Assembly: GCA_041395325.1 (NCBI GenBank)
Contig: JAWLAT010000010.1
Span: 98,469-162,468, forward strand
Source of the DNA: Lysobacterales bacterium
Lineage (GTDB): Bacteria > Pseudomonadota > Gammaproteobacteria > Xanthomonadales > SZUA-5
Direction: 5' to 3'
Length of the DNA stretch: 64,000 nucleotides
Shown here: piece by piece, positions 48,745 to 58,225 of the stretch
How the letters are laid out: each line of letters begins with the position of its first letter
Numbering within the stretch: the stretch's first letter is position 1
The notes under the pieces: model-generated
Seen by the model: only the letters and a program-made list of their open reading frames with translations
What the model was told of the DNA's origin: nothing
Databases searched by the model: none
Position numbers and translations under genes: made by a program

Positions 48745-49980
48745 ATGTCCTTCTTCCGCACTGCGATTGTCTCGATCACCCTGTTTGTCTCTGCCCTCGG
48801 CGGCGCATCCTCTGCGCTGGCCGCCGGGGGCTGGGAACTGCAATCCGCTCCCTTGGGACGCGCAGTGGCTTTGTCGCCCGCGGCCGTCAACGCCCACGCA
48901 CTGTCGCTGCAGCAGACACCGCCGGCCGTCGGCGCTCGCTGGTCGATTCCGCTGCCGGAAGGCTGGACCGACTGGCGAACGACTTCGGTGAGCTACCAGG
49001 ACGATGGCGGCTTTCGCTGGCAGGGCAAGGCGCTGGACAACGACGCGCATCAGGCCGTGCTGGTCAGCCACCGCGGCGCGCTGAGCGGCGTGATCTGGAC
49101 TCGCCATGGTCACTATGAGGTGGCCAGCGACGCCGAAGGCAGCCTGCTGCTGACGCTCGACGATTCGCTCTATCCCGGCTGTGCGGGTGGCGAGGACGCG
49201 ACGCACCTGCATGGCCACGTGACCTCCGCCGCCACATCCCCGGCCCCAGCCGCGACCACCGGCAGCGGCCAGCAGATCGACGTGCTGATCGTCTACACCA
49301 GCCAGGCCCGCGATGCCGCCGGTGGCGAGGCACAGATTGAGGCAGTCTCACAGGCCGCCGTCGACGCCGCCAACCTGGCCTTCGACAATTCTCAGGTCTT
49401 GGCGCATCTGAATCTGGTTGGCACCCGCCTGACCTCGCGCAGCGACAGTGGCAACAGCAGCACCGACCTCAGCTGGCTTTCCAGTGACGCCACGGTGGCC
49501 CAGTGGCGCGATGAACTGGGAGCGGACATGGTCGCCCTGATTGCCGATGACATCGGCAACACCTGTGGCAAGGGCTATGTGATGCGCAATGTCGGTAGCG
49601 CCTTCTCGGCCAGCGCCTTCCAGGTCACCGCGCGCAGCTGCGCGGTCGGCAATCTCAGCTACGCCCATGAGCACGGCCACAACCTGGGTCTGGAACACGA
49701 TCCGGCCAACGGCACGACCGCCAGCGGCGCTTCCTATCCCTGGTCCTTCGGTCATGTCGTCGATGGCAGTTTCCGCACGCTGATGAGCTACAGCACCGAA
49801 TGCACTGGCGGCTGCACCCGGCTGCCCTATTTCTCCAACCCCAACGTCAGCGTCGATGGCCAACCCAGCGGCATCGCCAACCAACGCGACAACGCCCGCA
49901 CGCTCAATTCGGTCGTCGCTACCGTGGCCGCCTTCCGCGACAGCGTGCAGGCCGAGCTGTTCGCCGACGGTTTCGAGTAG
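48745..49980 (+). CDS. Secreted zinc metalloprotease (metzincin, reprolysin/M12B-like)
   Basis: ATG 48745 gives the signal peptide MSFFRTAIVSITLFVSALGGASSALA. Contains the HExxHxxGxxH motif (HEHGHNLGLEHD). The protein ends ...ELFADGFE*. Confidence 0.8.
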   Translation: MSFFRTAIVSITLFVSALGGASSALAAGGWELQSAPLGRAVALSPAAVNAHALSLQQTPPAVGARWSIPLPEGWTDWRTTSVSYQDDGGFRWQGKALDNDAHQAVLVSHRGALSGVIWTRHGHYEVASDAEGSLLLTLDDSLYPGCAGGEDATHLHGHVTSAATSPAPAATTGSGQQIDVLIVYTSQARDAAGGEAQIEAVSQAAVDAANLAFDNSQVLAHLNLVGTRLTSRSDSGNSSTDLSWLSSDATVAQWRDELGADMVALIADDIGNTCGKGYVMRNVGSAFSASAFQVTARSCAVGNLSYAHEHGHNLGLEHDPANGTTASGASYPWSFGHVVDGSFRTLMSYSTECTGGCTRLPYFSNPNVSVDGQPSGIANQRDNARTLNSVVATVAAFRDSVQAELFADGFE

Positions 49981-50043
49981 CGCCGCCGCGTACGGGTCGC
50001 GGCCATGGGATAATCGCGAGCTTTGCATCGCCGAGCCCAGCGC

Positions 50044-52113
50044 ATGAGTCAGCGTACCCTCCTCGTCACCACGGCATTGCCCTATGCCAACGGACCTCTG
50101 CATTTCGGTCACCTGACCGAGCAGATCCAGGCCGACGTCTGGGTCCGCGCGATGCGGCTGGCAGGCCACAGCGTACGTTTCGTCTGTGCCGATGACACCC
50201 ATGGCACGCCGATCATGCTCAAGGCCGAAGCGGAAGGACTGACGCCCGAGGCGCTGATTGCCCAGATCCAGGCCGAACACGAAGCAGCGATCGCCGGCTT
50301 TGGCATCAGCTTCGATCACTACTCCAGCACGCACAGCGACAGCTGCAAGCAACTGGTCGAGCGGATCTACAAGCAGTTGCGCCTGCGCGGCCACATCAGC
50401 ACCCGCGAAGTGGAGCAGTTCTTCGATCCGGAACGGCAGATGTTTCTGCCCGATCGTTTCATCAAGGGCACCTGCCCCAAGTGCGCCGCCAAGGATCAGT
50501 ACGGTGACGGCTGCGAAGTCTGCGGCATCACCTACACGCCCACCGACCTGCTCGAGCCCTATTCGGTGGTCTCCGGTGCACGTCCGGTGCGACGCAGTTC
50601 CGAGCACTACTTCTTCAAGCTCGGCGATTTCGAAACCATGCTCACCGAATGGGTGCGCTCTGGGCGCTTGCAGGAAGAAGTGGCCAACAAGCTCGATGAG
50701 TGGTTCAAGGCGGGCCTGAAGGACTGGGACATCTCCCGCGACGCGCCCTACTTCGGCTTCGAGATTCCGGGTGCCAAGGGCAAGTATTTCTACGTCTGGC
50801 TGGATGCACCCATCGGCTATCTCGGCGCCCTGCAGGAGCTGGCCGCGCGCGATGGACTGGATTTCGAAAGCTGGCTGGCACCGCACAGTGACGCCGAGCT
50901 GGTGCACTTCATCGGCAAGGACATCCTCTATTTCCACACCCTGTTCTGGCCCGCGGTCCTGCACGCCGCCGGCCTGCGCACCCCGACGCTGGTGCATGCC
51001 CACGGCTTCCTGACCGTCGACGGTCAAAAGATGAGCAAATCGCGCGGCACCTTCGTCACCGCTGCGGCCTATCTGGAGCGCTTTGCGCCGGACTATCTGC
51101 GCTATTACCTGGCCGCCAAGCTGGGCCCGTCGCTGTCGGATCTGGACCTGAACCTGGCCGAGTTCGCCACCAAGGTGAACGCCGATCTGGTCGGCAAGGT
51201 GGTCAACCTGGCCAGCCGCTGTGCCGGCTTCATTCACAAGCGCTTCGATGGCCAGCTGGCCGACAGTCTGTTCGAGACTGCGCTGCAGGAACGTTTCGTC
51301 GACGCCGTGGCCGAGGTTCGCGCCAGCTTCGAGGCGCGCGACGCCGCCCGGGCAATCCGGCAGATCATGCAGCTGGCCGACGAAGCCAACCGCTTCATCG
51401 ACGAGCACAAGCCCTGGGTGCTGGCCAAGGACGAGAGCCGGCTGGACGAGCTGCACCGCGTCTGCACGCAGGGCCTGAACCTGTTCCGTGTGCTGATCGG
51501 CCTGCTCAAGCCGGTGATTCCGTTTACCGCCGACAAGGCCGAGGCCTTCCTGCAATCACCACTGACCCATTTCGACGCGCTGGCCGAGCCCCTGTTGGGC
51601 CGCGCCATCGCGCCCTTCGAACCGCTGCTGACCCGCCTAGAAGCCGCTCAGACGCAAGCACTCGTGGCCAGCGCACCCGGCCCGCAGGAGGCCAGCGGCG
51701 TACTGGCGCGATCGGACACACGCGCCAGCGAGCCGGCCACAACACCCGAGAAGCCGCCGAAGGCCAAGCCCAGCGAACCCGAACGGGCCACCATCGGTAT
51801 CGAGGATTTCAGCAAGGTGGAGTTGCGCATCGCGCGGATCGTCGAAGCCGAGTCCGTGCCCGAGGCCGACAAGCTGCTGCGGCTGCTGCTGGACATCGGC
51901 AGCGAACGCCGACAGGTCTTCGCCGGCATCAAGAAGTCCTATGATCCGGCGACGCTGGTTGGTCGTCTGACCGTGATGGTCGCCAATCTCGCCCCGCGCA
52001 AGATGCGCTTCGGGCTGTCCGAAGGCATGGTCCTGGCCGCCTCCGACGAGCGTGGCGGGCCCTTCCTGCTCAGTCCGGACGCCGGAGCGGAACCGGGGAT
52101 GCGGGTGAGTTGA
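50044..52113 (+). CDS. metG: Methionine--tRNA ligase
   Basis: ATG 50044. [16 protein letters not shown] (HIGH), the zinc knuckle CPKC...CEVCG, KMSKS, and a C-terminal tRNA-binding (EMAP-like) domain. Confidence 0.97.
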   Translation: MSQRTLLVTTALPYANGPLHFGHLTEQIQADVWVRAMRLAGHSVRFVCADDTHGTPIMLKAEAEGLTPEALIAQIQAEHEAAIAGFGISFDHYSSTHSDSCKQLVERIYKQLRLRGHISTREVEQFFDPERQMFLPDRFIKGTCPKCAAKDQYGDGCEVCGITYTPTDLLEPYSVVSGARPVRRSSEHYFFKLGDFETMLTEWVRSGRLQEEVANKLDEWFKAGLKDWDISRDAPYFGFEIPGAKGKYFYVWLDAPIGYLGALQELAARDGLDFESWLAPHSDAELVHFIGKDILYFHTLFWPAVLHAAGLRTPTLVHAHGFLTVDGQKMSKSRGTFVTAAAYLERFAPDYLRYYLAAKLGPSLSDLDLNLAEFATKVNADLVGKVVNLASRCAGFIHKRFDGQLADSLFETALQERFVDAVAEVRASFEARDAARAIRQIMQLADEANRFIDEHKPWVLAKDESRLDELHRVCTQGLNLFRVLIGLLKPVIPFTADKAEAFLQSPLTHFDALAEPLLGRAIAPFEPLLTRLEAAQTQALVASAPGPQEASGVLARSDTRASEPATTPEKPPKAKPSEPERATIGIEDFSKVELRIARIVEAESVPEADKLLRLLLDIGSERRQVFAGIKKSYDPATLVGRLTVMVANLAPRKMRFGLSEGMVLAASDERGGPFLLSPDAGAEPGMRVS

Positions 52114-52122
52114 AGGTAGGGT

Positions 52123-52154
52123 TCAGGGATCAGGGCTGAGGGGTCAGGGATGGG
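52123..52154. repeat. 7-bp tandem units (tcaggga tcagggc tgagggg tcaggga), AGGGC-family repeat, left arm
   Basis: Read directly, immediately after the metG stop. Orientation is opposite to the 16-bp repeat tract at 52210-52322. Confidence 0.7.
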
Positions 52155-52209
52155 TGTCTTGCGGCGAGCAGAGGCGCTTGGTGGTCCACTGCTCTGTGCC
52201 CTAGTCCCC

Positions 52210-52322
52210 GACTGCCCTAGCCCCCCGACTGCCCTACGCCCTGACTGCCCTACGCCCTGACTGCCCTACGCCCTGACTGCCCTACGCCCTGACTGCCCTA
52301 CGCCCTGACTGCCCTGAGTCCT
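52210..52322. repeat. 16-bp tandem repeat (gactgccctacgccct), 5 perfect copies plus degenerate flanking copies
   Basis: Perfect units start at 52227, 52243, 52259, 52275 and 52291. A 17-bp variant is at 52210 and a degenerate copy starts at 52307. The unit length is not a multiple of 3. Confidence 0.9.
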
Positions 52323-52327
52323 TCGCC

Positions 52328-52951
52328 CTGACTATCCCAGACGCCACCCGGATCGACGCCGAGCTGCCGCAGACGCAGTGCACGCGCTGCGGCTATCCGG
52401 CCTGTCGGCCGTATGCCGAGGCCATCGCCGAGGGCACGGCGCCGATCAATCGTTGTCCCCCGGGTGGCGCAGCGACCATCGCCGCACTGGCGCGATTGTT
52501 GAATGCGCCGGTCCTGCCATTGGACCCGGAATGCGGTGTGGAGGCGCCGCGGCAGATTGCCTGGATCGATGAGGCGATCTGCATTGGCTGCACCAAGTGC
52601 ATCCTGGCCTGCCCGGTCGACGCCATCGTCGGTGCGGCCAAGCGGATGCATACGGTCATCGCCGAGGACTGCACCGGCTGCGAGCTGTGCATCGCGCCCT
52701 GCCCGGTCGACTGCATTGAGCTGCATCCGGACCCGCGACCGGACACGCTCGCGCTGCCCGCTGGACAGCGGTCGGAAACCGCGGAGTTCCGTGCCCGCTT
52801 TGAAGCCCATCAGCGACGCGAGGCCGCGCGGCAAGCTGAGCAACAGGCGAAAATTGCCCGCAAGCGTCGCGAGCTCTTGCTCAGCACCGCCAGTCAGACG
52901 CTCGGCGAGGCCATCGCGCGCGCCAAGGCCCGACGACGCGGCGAGGATTAG
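52328..52951 (+). CDS. RnfB-type ferredoxin (N-terminal 4Fe-4S Cys motif plus two 4Fe-4S ferredoxin motifs), start codon unresolved
   Basis: The frame is open from 52277. It encodes ...[40 protein letters not shown] (C-x2-C-x4-C-x16-C), then [12 protein letters not shown] and [12 protein letters not shown]. There is no in-frame ATG, GTG or TTG before the TTG at 52496, which lies after the first cluster motif. CTG 52328 is listed as a provisional start. Confidence 0.6.
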   Translation: MTIPDATRIDAELPQTQCTRCGYPACRPYAEAIAEGTAPINRCPPGGAATIAALARLLNAPVLPLDPECGVEAPRQIAWIDEAICIGCTKCILACPVDAIVGAAKRMHTVIAEDCTGCELCIAPCPVDCIELHPDPRPDTLALPAGQRSETAEFRARFEAHQRREAARQAEQQAKIARKRRELLLSTASQTLGEAIARAKARRRGED

Positions 52952-53003
52952 CGGCGCTGCCGATGGGGTACTGGCTGTCAGTGCTCAAAACCTGGATCGG
53001 CGA

Positions 53004-53894
53004 TCAGTACGCCCGTTGCACCGTGTAGTGGGCCAGGTCGGCCAGGATCGCGCCATGCTCGCCGAGCGGCTGCAGGGCATCGAGTGCCGATTGCATATGG
53101 GATTGCGCCAGGGCCTGCGCCTGTTCCAGGCCGATGATGGCCGGATAGGTCGGCTTTCCGCGAGCCTGATCGGCGCCCTGTTGCTTGCCCAGGGTCTCGG
53201 TGTCGGCGAGGACATCCAGCACATCGTCGTGAATCTGAAAGGCCAGCCCCAATTCGCGGCCGTAGCGGCTGATGGCGTCCCACCGGGGGCCCTCAACCGC
53301 ACCGGCGGCCAGCGCACCCAGCTGCACCGAAGCCAATATCAACGCCCCGGTCTTGTAGCGGTGCATCCGCTCCAGCTGCGGCAGATCCAGTCGCAGACCC
53401 ACCGCGTCCAGATCAAAGGCCTGCCCGCCGGCCATTCCGGCCGGACCGCAGGCGGCGCCCAGCAGCCTCAGCATGGCCACCCGCTGTAGCGACGCGACGG
53501 TGTCCAGTGCCGGGGCAGCCGCCAGATGCTCGAAGGCCAGCGCCTGCAGCGCATCGCCGGCCAGGATTGCCATCGCCTCACCAAAGGCCTTGTGGCAGGT
53601 CGGCTGACCGCGGCGCAGATCGTCATCGTCCATCGCCGGCAGATCGTCGTGGACCAGCGAATAGGCGTGGATCATCTCCACCGCACAGGCGGCCGGATCG
53701 AGCACCGCCAGTGGCGCCCCCAGGGCGCTGCCGGCGGCATAGACCAGCAACGGCCGCATCCGCTTGCCACCGCCGAGTACGGCATAGCGCATGGCTTCGT
53801 GCAGGCGCTCGGGCGCCAGCGTGGCCGGTGGCAATGCCGCAGCGAGCGCCGCCTCGGCACGCGCGGTCAGTTCACTCAGGCTGGGCGCGGACAT
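53004..53894 (-). CDS. ispA: (2E,6E)-farnesyl diphosphate synthase
   Basis: Start at ATG 53892-53894. [17 protein letters not shown] (FARM) and FQIHDDVLD (SARM). Confidence 0.92.
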   Translation of the reverse strand: MSAPSLSELTARAEAALAAALPPATLAPERLHEAMRYAVLGGGKRMRPLLVYAAGSALGAPLAVLDPAACAVEMIHAYSLVHDDLPAMDDDDLRRGQPTCHKAFGEAMAILAGDALQALAFEHLAAAPALDTVASLQRVAMLRLLGAACGPAGMAGGQAFDLDAVGLRLDLPQLERMHRYKTGALILASVQLGALAAGAVEGPRWDAISRYGRELGLAFQIHDDVLDVLADTETLGKQQGADQARGKPTYPAIIGLEQAQALAQSHMQSALDALQPLGEHGAILADLAHYTVQRAY

Positions 53895-53987
53895 GAGCCG
53901 GATGCCATCAGTGCAGGTCTCCAATGAACGTAGCGTCGCCGACGAAACGCCGCCACGGCGTGACGACGGATCGCACCGCGGTCAGCT

Positions 53988-54248
53988 TTAGGGCGTTTGA
54001 TCGTCGAAGGGCACGCTTTTCTGATAATCGCTGGCCTTGAGCATCAGCTCGACCCGCTGCTGCGCCAGATCCAGGGCCTGCTGGCAATGGCCATGCAGAC
54101 GCATGCCGCGCTCAAATTCGGTCAGCGTCTCTTCGAGGCTGAGGTTGCCCTCCTCCAGCCGCGACACCAGTTGTTCGAGCTCATCCAGCGTCCGCTCGAA
54201 GTCCTTCAGGTTGGCGCCATCTGGCGCCTCTGGAGCTGTCGAATTCAT
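53988..54248 (-). CDS. xseB: Exodeoxyribonuclease VII small subunit
   Basis: Start at ATG 54246-54248. [35 protein letters not shown]. The xseB-ispA order is conserved. Confidence 0.9.
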   Translation of the reverse strand: MNSTAPEAPDGANLKDFERTLDELEQLVSRLEEGNLSLEETLTEFERGMRLHGHCQQALDLAQQRVELMLKASDYQKSVPFDDQTP

Positions 54249-54403
54249 GGGCGCAGAAGGTAACGTCCGCTCCCGCGCAGAGCAAGCAGGATCCGTCGCT
54301 GAACCACCCGCCTGGCGAATGCGGGCTATACTCCGCGGCCGCACGAGCGACGGCCTTCACGGCCCACCAAGCCGTGACCGTTCAGGGACAGACACACGAC
54401 TCG

Positions 54404-55363
54404 ATGAATCCGAATTTTCTCGATTTCGAACAGCCCATTGCCGAACTGGAAGCGAAGATCCAGGAGCTGCGCCATGCCAGCCATGGTCAGGCGATGAACA
54501 TCGACGAGGAGATCTCGCGACTCAAGGACAAGTGCCGCGCCAAGACCGAGCAGATCTTCGCGCATCTGTCGCCCTGGCAGATCACTCAGCTGGCGCGACA
54601 TCCGCAGCGTCCTCATGCGGTGGACTATCTGCCATTGGTCTTCGATGAATTCGAGGAACTGGCCGGCGATCGTGCCTATGCCGAAGACGCGGCCATAATC
54701 GCTGGCCTGGCCCGATTGTCCGGGCGCCCGGTGATGGTGCTGGCGCAGGAAAAAGGTCGCGATACCCGCCAGAAGGTCAAGCGCAATTTCGGCATGCCCC
54801 GACCCGAGGGCTACCGCAAGGCGAAGCGCTTGATGGAAATGGCCGAGCGCTTCCGCCTGCCGATCGTCAGTTTCATCGACACCCCCGGCGCCTATCCCGG
54901 TGTCGGTGCCGAGGAGCGTGGGCAATCCGAAGCCATCGCCACCAACCTGGCCCTGATGGCGCGCCTGCGGACACCGATCATCTGCACGGTCATCGGCGAA
55001 GGCGGCTCCGGTGGCGCGTTGGCGATCGGCGTGGGCGACCGCACCTTGATGCTGGAATACGCGATCTATTCGGTGATTTCACCTGAAGGCTGTGCGTCGA
55101 TCCTGTGGAAGAGCGCCGAACGGGCCCGCGAGGCCGCAGAAGCCCTGGGTGTCACCTCGGCACGATTGAAGGAACTGGGCCTGATCGACGAGATCATCAA
55201 GGAACCGCTGGGTGGCGCGCATCGCGACCCTCAGGCCGCTGCCGAAGCGCTGCGTCAGGCCGTGTTCCGCCAGCTCGACGCCCTGCAGGGACTGGATGCC
55301 ACCGCACTGATCGAGCAGCGGTACGAGCGTCTGCGTGCCTACGGATCCCAGAAGCTGCAGTAG
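54404..55363 (+). CDS. accA: Acetyl-CoA carboxylase carboxyltransferase subunit alpha
   Basis: ATG 54404. [23 protein letters not shown]...[23 protein letters not shown]. Confidence 0.96.
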   Translation: MNPNFLDFEQPIAELEAKIQELRHASHGQAMNIDEEISRLKDKCRAKTEQIFAHLSPWQITQLARHPQRPHAVDYLPLVFDEFEELAGDRAYAEDAAIIAGLARLSGRPVMVLAQEKGRDTRQKVKRNFGMPRPEGYRKAKRLMEMAERFRLPIVSFIDTPGAYPGVGAEERGQSEAIATNLALMARLRTPIICTVIGEGGSGGALAIGVGDRTLMLEYAIYSVISPEGCASILWKSAERAREAAEALGVTSARLKELGLIDEIIKEPLGGAHRDPQAAAEALRQAVFRQLDALQGLDATALIEQRYERLRAYGSQKLQ

Positions 55364-55399
55364 CCGAGCAGCGCTTCAGGCTACCCGCTCCGCACCTGC

Positions 55400-56011
55400 C
55401 TACCCGCGATCGACCGTCTTCGACGGTTGAATGATCGGGCTTTCGTTGGCCGGTTCCACCACCCGCGGCACCGGGCCGGGCGTCAGGGACGAAGGTTGCA
55501 TGGGCGGCGGCAAGGCCTCGTCATCATCCAACACCGGCAGCGCACAGGGTTCAGCATCTTCATAGGGCGGTGACTGCGCCGCGGCCCGCAGCCGCGCCTG
55601 CAGCCGCTGTTCCTTCACCAACGCCTTGCGCCGCTGATAGACCTCGGCGGCACGCCGGATCAGAAAATAGGCAATCAGCGCCACAATCACCGAGACGACG
55701 GCCGAGCCGACGAACAGTTTACCGCCCAGGCTGGCGACGGTATTGAGGATCTCGATCTTGAACTCGGTCTTCTCGGTCTGCCCCAGCAGCAATTGCCCCA
55801 GCGGTAGCGCGAAGGCCGGGTACAGCGGCAAGACGAACAGCGGATTCCAGACCACCACACTGGCGACCAGACTCAAGCGACTCATCCGGACCAGACCGGC
55901 GGTCGCGAAGGCCAACAGGATCGACAGACCCGGGGTCGGCAAGATGCACCAGAAGGTTCCGCAGGCAAAACCCAGGGCGATGTCGTGCGGCGTCGCGCGG
56001 GCACGCAGCAT
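55400..56011 (-). CDS. DUF2062-like membrane protein
   Basis: HDIALGFACGTFWCILPTPGLSILLAFATA followed by further TM segments and a Pro-rich C-terminus. The family assignment is from memory of the motif only. Confidence 0.5.
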   Translation of the reverse strand: MLRARATPHDIALGFACGTFWCILPTPGLSILLAFATAGLVRMSRLSLVASVVVWNPLFVLPLYPAFALPLGQLLLGQTEKTEFKIEILNTVASLGGKLFVGSAVVSVIVALIAYFLIRRAAEVYQRRKALVKEQRLQARLRAAAQSPPYEDAEPCALPVLDDDEALPPPMQPSSLTPGPVPRVVEPANESPIIQPSKTVDRG

Positions 56012-56184
56012 CTTGCGAACAGCGATGCGGGCCCTACGCCAGGAGGTGCGAACCGGAATGAGTCTTCTCCAACGCTACGGTCGCAACCGCGGCCGGTCAT
56101 CTTACATGCGGGCCGTCTCAATGAGTTGAAAGGGCTGTTGCAGATTGCAGGCCGTGAACCTCGCCCCGAGTCTGATGACTTACC

Positions 56185-57183
56185 TCAGGCCGCCGCCTCC
56201 AGCGCCGGCAGGAAGAAGGCCTCCACGGCCGCTCGCTGTGCGTCGGCCTGCTCGATTCGGGCCATCGAACGCCACGCCTGATCGCCACCGGGCTCGCGCT
56301 GCAGCACCCAGGACAGGTGCTTGCGCGCCACCCGCACGCCCAGGCCCTCGCCGTAGAACTCGTGCAGATCGCGCACATGCTCCAGCAGCCAGCGACCCAC
56401 CTGTGCCTGGCTGGGCACGGGCAGCAGGTCGCCGTGGCGCAGGTAGTGGCCAATCTGACCACACAGCCACGGCCGGCCCTGCGCCGCGCGGCCAATCATC
56501 ACGCCATCGCAGCCGGTGTGAGCTAGCACGTGGCGGGCCTTCTGCGGCGTATCGATATCGCCATTGGCCAGCACCGGCAGGCTCACGGCCGCCTTGATGG
56601 CAGCGATCGTGTCGTACTCGGCCTCACCCTCGTAGCGATCCTCGCGGGTGCGCCCGTGCACTGCCAGCGCCTGAATGCCGGCAGCCTCGGCCAGCCGCGC
56701 AATCCGCACCCCATTCTTCTCGGCACGACACCAACCGGTACGGAACTTCAGCGTGACCGGCACCGGCACGGCCTCAACCACGGCAGACAGGATCCGCGCG
56801 ACCAGCGGCTCGTCGCGCAGCAATGCCGAGCCGGCATCGACCTTGCAGACCTTCTTCGCCGGGCAGCCCATGTTGATGTCGATGACCTGGGCACCATGAT
56901 CGACATTGAATCGGGCCGCTTCGGCCAACATGCGTGGATCGTAGCCGGCGATCTGCACGATCACCGGCTCAGGCTCGCCGGCATGATCCAGCCGTCGCCG
57001 CGTCTTGGCCGTGTGATAGAGCGACAGATCCGAGGACACCATCTCGCCCACCACCAGATCCGCACCCAGTCGGCGACACAGCTGCCGAAAGGGACGGTCG
57101 GTCACACCCGCCATCGGCGCCAGCACGACGGCCGGCTCGAAGCAATGGGGGCCAAGGACGTAGGGCATCGGGGATTCAGCCAA
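56185..57183 (-). CDS. dusB: tRNA-dihydrouridine synthase B
   Basis: VVLAPMAGVTDRPFRQLCRRLGADLVVGEMVSS...DINMGCPAKKV...LKFRTGW. Confidence 0.92.
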   Translation of the reverse strand: MAESPMPYVLGPHCFEPAVVLAPMAGVTDRPFRQLCRRLGADLVVGEMVSSDLSLYHTAKTRRRLDHAGEPEPVIVQIAGYDPRMLAEAARFNVDHGAQVIDINMGCPAKKVCKVDAGSALLRDEPLVARILSAVVEAVPVPVTLKFRTGWCRAEKNGVRIARLAEAAGIQALAVHGRTREDRYEGEAEYDTIAAIKAAVSLPVLANGDIDTPQKARHVLAHTGCDGVMIGRAAQGRPWLCGQIGHYLRHGDLLPVPSQAQVGRWLLEHVRDLHEFYGEGLGVRVARKHLSWVLQREPGGDQAWRSMARIEQADAQRAAVEAFFLPALEAAA

Positions 57184-57249
57184 TGGGTGGCGGGCGAGTA
57201 TGCCATCGCAGCAGAAAACGTCTGCATGAGTTCACTGGAGAGGACGGGA

Positions 57250-58140
57250 TCAGAGGGGCTCTGACGCACCCGGAGTCGCGGCCTCGAAGCCATCGGCATG
57301 GAGCATCTGGCCGCAGTCGACGTCCCAGAATACCGCGCGCTCCCCGCCGCTACTGGCCTCAACGCAGGCCACGCGTCCGCGCTCATGTCCGGGAAGGCAT
57401 TGCAACGCGATGGGCACCAAGGCCGGCCCGGGAACGGCCTGTTCGCCACCGCCAACGACAGAAACTGCGCTGTCACCTCCACAGCTGATGGCCAGCGGTG
57501 CCTGAGCACTGAGTTCGAGCAGCGCCAGCGCAATCTCGGACTGCCCGGCCGAGTCGACGATCACTTCGGTCGATTCTGCGCGGCAACTCGGATCGGGCGG
57601 AGGCAAGAACTGAAGCACGCCACTCCCAGCGCCCGAATCGAGCACCTGCAGGACGTTGCCGACCACGTTGACCGCAACGGCTTGCCCTGACAGATCCACG
57701 GCCTCCAGTGCCTCGACGGCCAACGGCCGCAAACCCACCGGTGTTCCCGGCCGGACCCGCAACGCCATCTCGCACAGCAACTGGTCCTGGATCGGCGAAC
57801 CCGGCTCTGCCAGCTGGTCGACAATCACTCGCCCACTGGCACTTTCGTAGTGGCACTGTGCCTGCGACAGGCAGTCGATCACTTGCGGTGGCAGGAAAGT
57901 GCCCGTGGGAAATGGCAGTTCCAGATGAATCGCAGCCATGGACCCGGTAGTCCCGGACAGAAACAGCTGCAAGGTGGCCGGACGGCTGCTGGCCGGGTCG
58001 TGCCCGCCCACTTGAAAAGCCAGGTCAGCGGCGGTGGACATCTGTGGCGCTGCCACCAGCAAGGCAGCAACCACAGCAAGACGACAATTCGCGTGCAACG
58101 ACACCTGGCCGTCCCCAATGAGGTCAGTATGGGCCGCCAT
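57250..58140 (-). CDS. Hypothetical secreted protein with DGFE motif 10 residues from the C-terminus
   Basis: Hydrophobic N-terminus (CRLAVVAALLVAAPQMSTA). No catalytic motif. The C-terminus is ...GQMLHADGFEAATPGASEPL*, with DGFE encoded at 57283-57294. Confidence 0.5.
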   Translation of the reverse strand: MAAHTDLIGDGQVSLHANCRLAVVAALLVAAPQMSTAADLAFQVGGHDPASSRPATLQLFLSGTTGSMAAIHLELPFPTGTFLPPQVIDCLSQAQCHYESASGRVIVDQLAEPGSPIQDQLLCEMALRVRPGTPVGLRPLAVEALEAVDLSGQAVAVNVVGNVLQVLDSGAGSGVLQFLPPPDPSCRAESTEVIVDSAGQSEIALALLELSAQAPLAISCGGDSAVSVVGGGEQAVPGPALVPIALQCLPGHERGRVACVEASSGGERAVFWDVDCGQMLHADGFEAATPGASEPL

Positions 58141-58225
58141 GGTATGCCAGCCTCAGGCGCACGACATGGACGGACATGTCTGCCTGGGTCGCTACACTGC
58201 TCTTTCCCCCGAAGACGCAGAAGCC

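Noticed and set aside
49348-51555. 735-aa minus-strand ORF
   Set aside because: It is antisense to the metalloprotease 3' end and to metG. It has no motifs, and metG has HIGH/KMSKS signatures on the plus strand.
52210-52322. Possible CRISPR array
   Set aside because: The repeats are directly adjacent 16-mers with no unique spacers. The unit is far shorter than CRISPR repeats, and there are no cas genes in the window.
56012-56184. fis gene expected downstream of dusB
   Set aside because: Only 173 bp lie between dusB and the next gene, and the overlapping track ORFs (55882-56121, 55985-56281) are Arg/Pro-rich shadows. Fis is not encoded here. This is probably a lineage feature rather than an anomaly.
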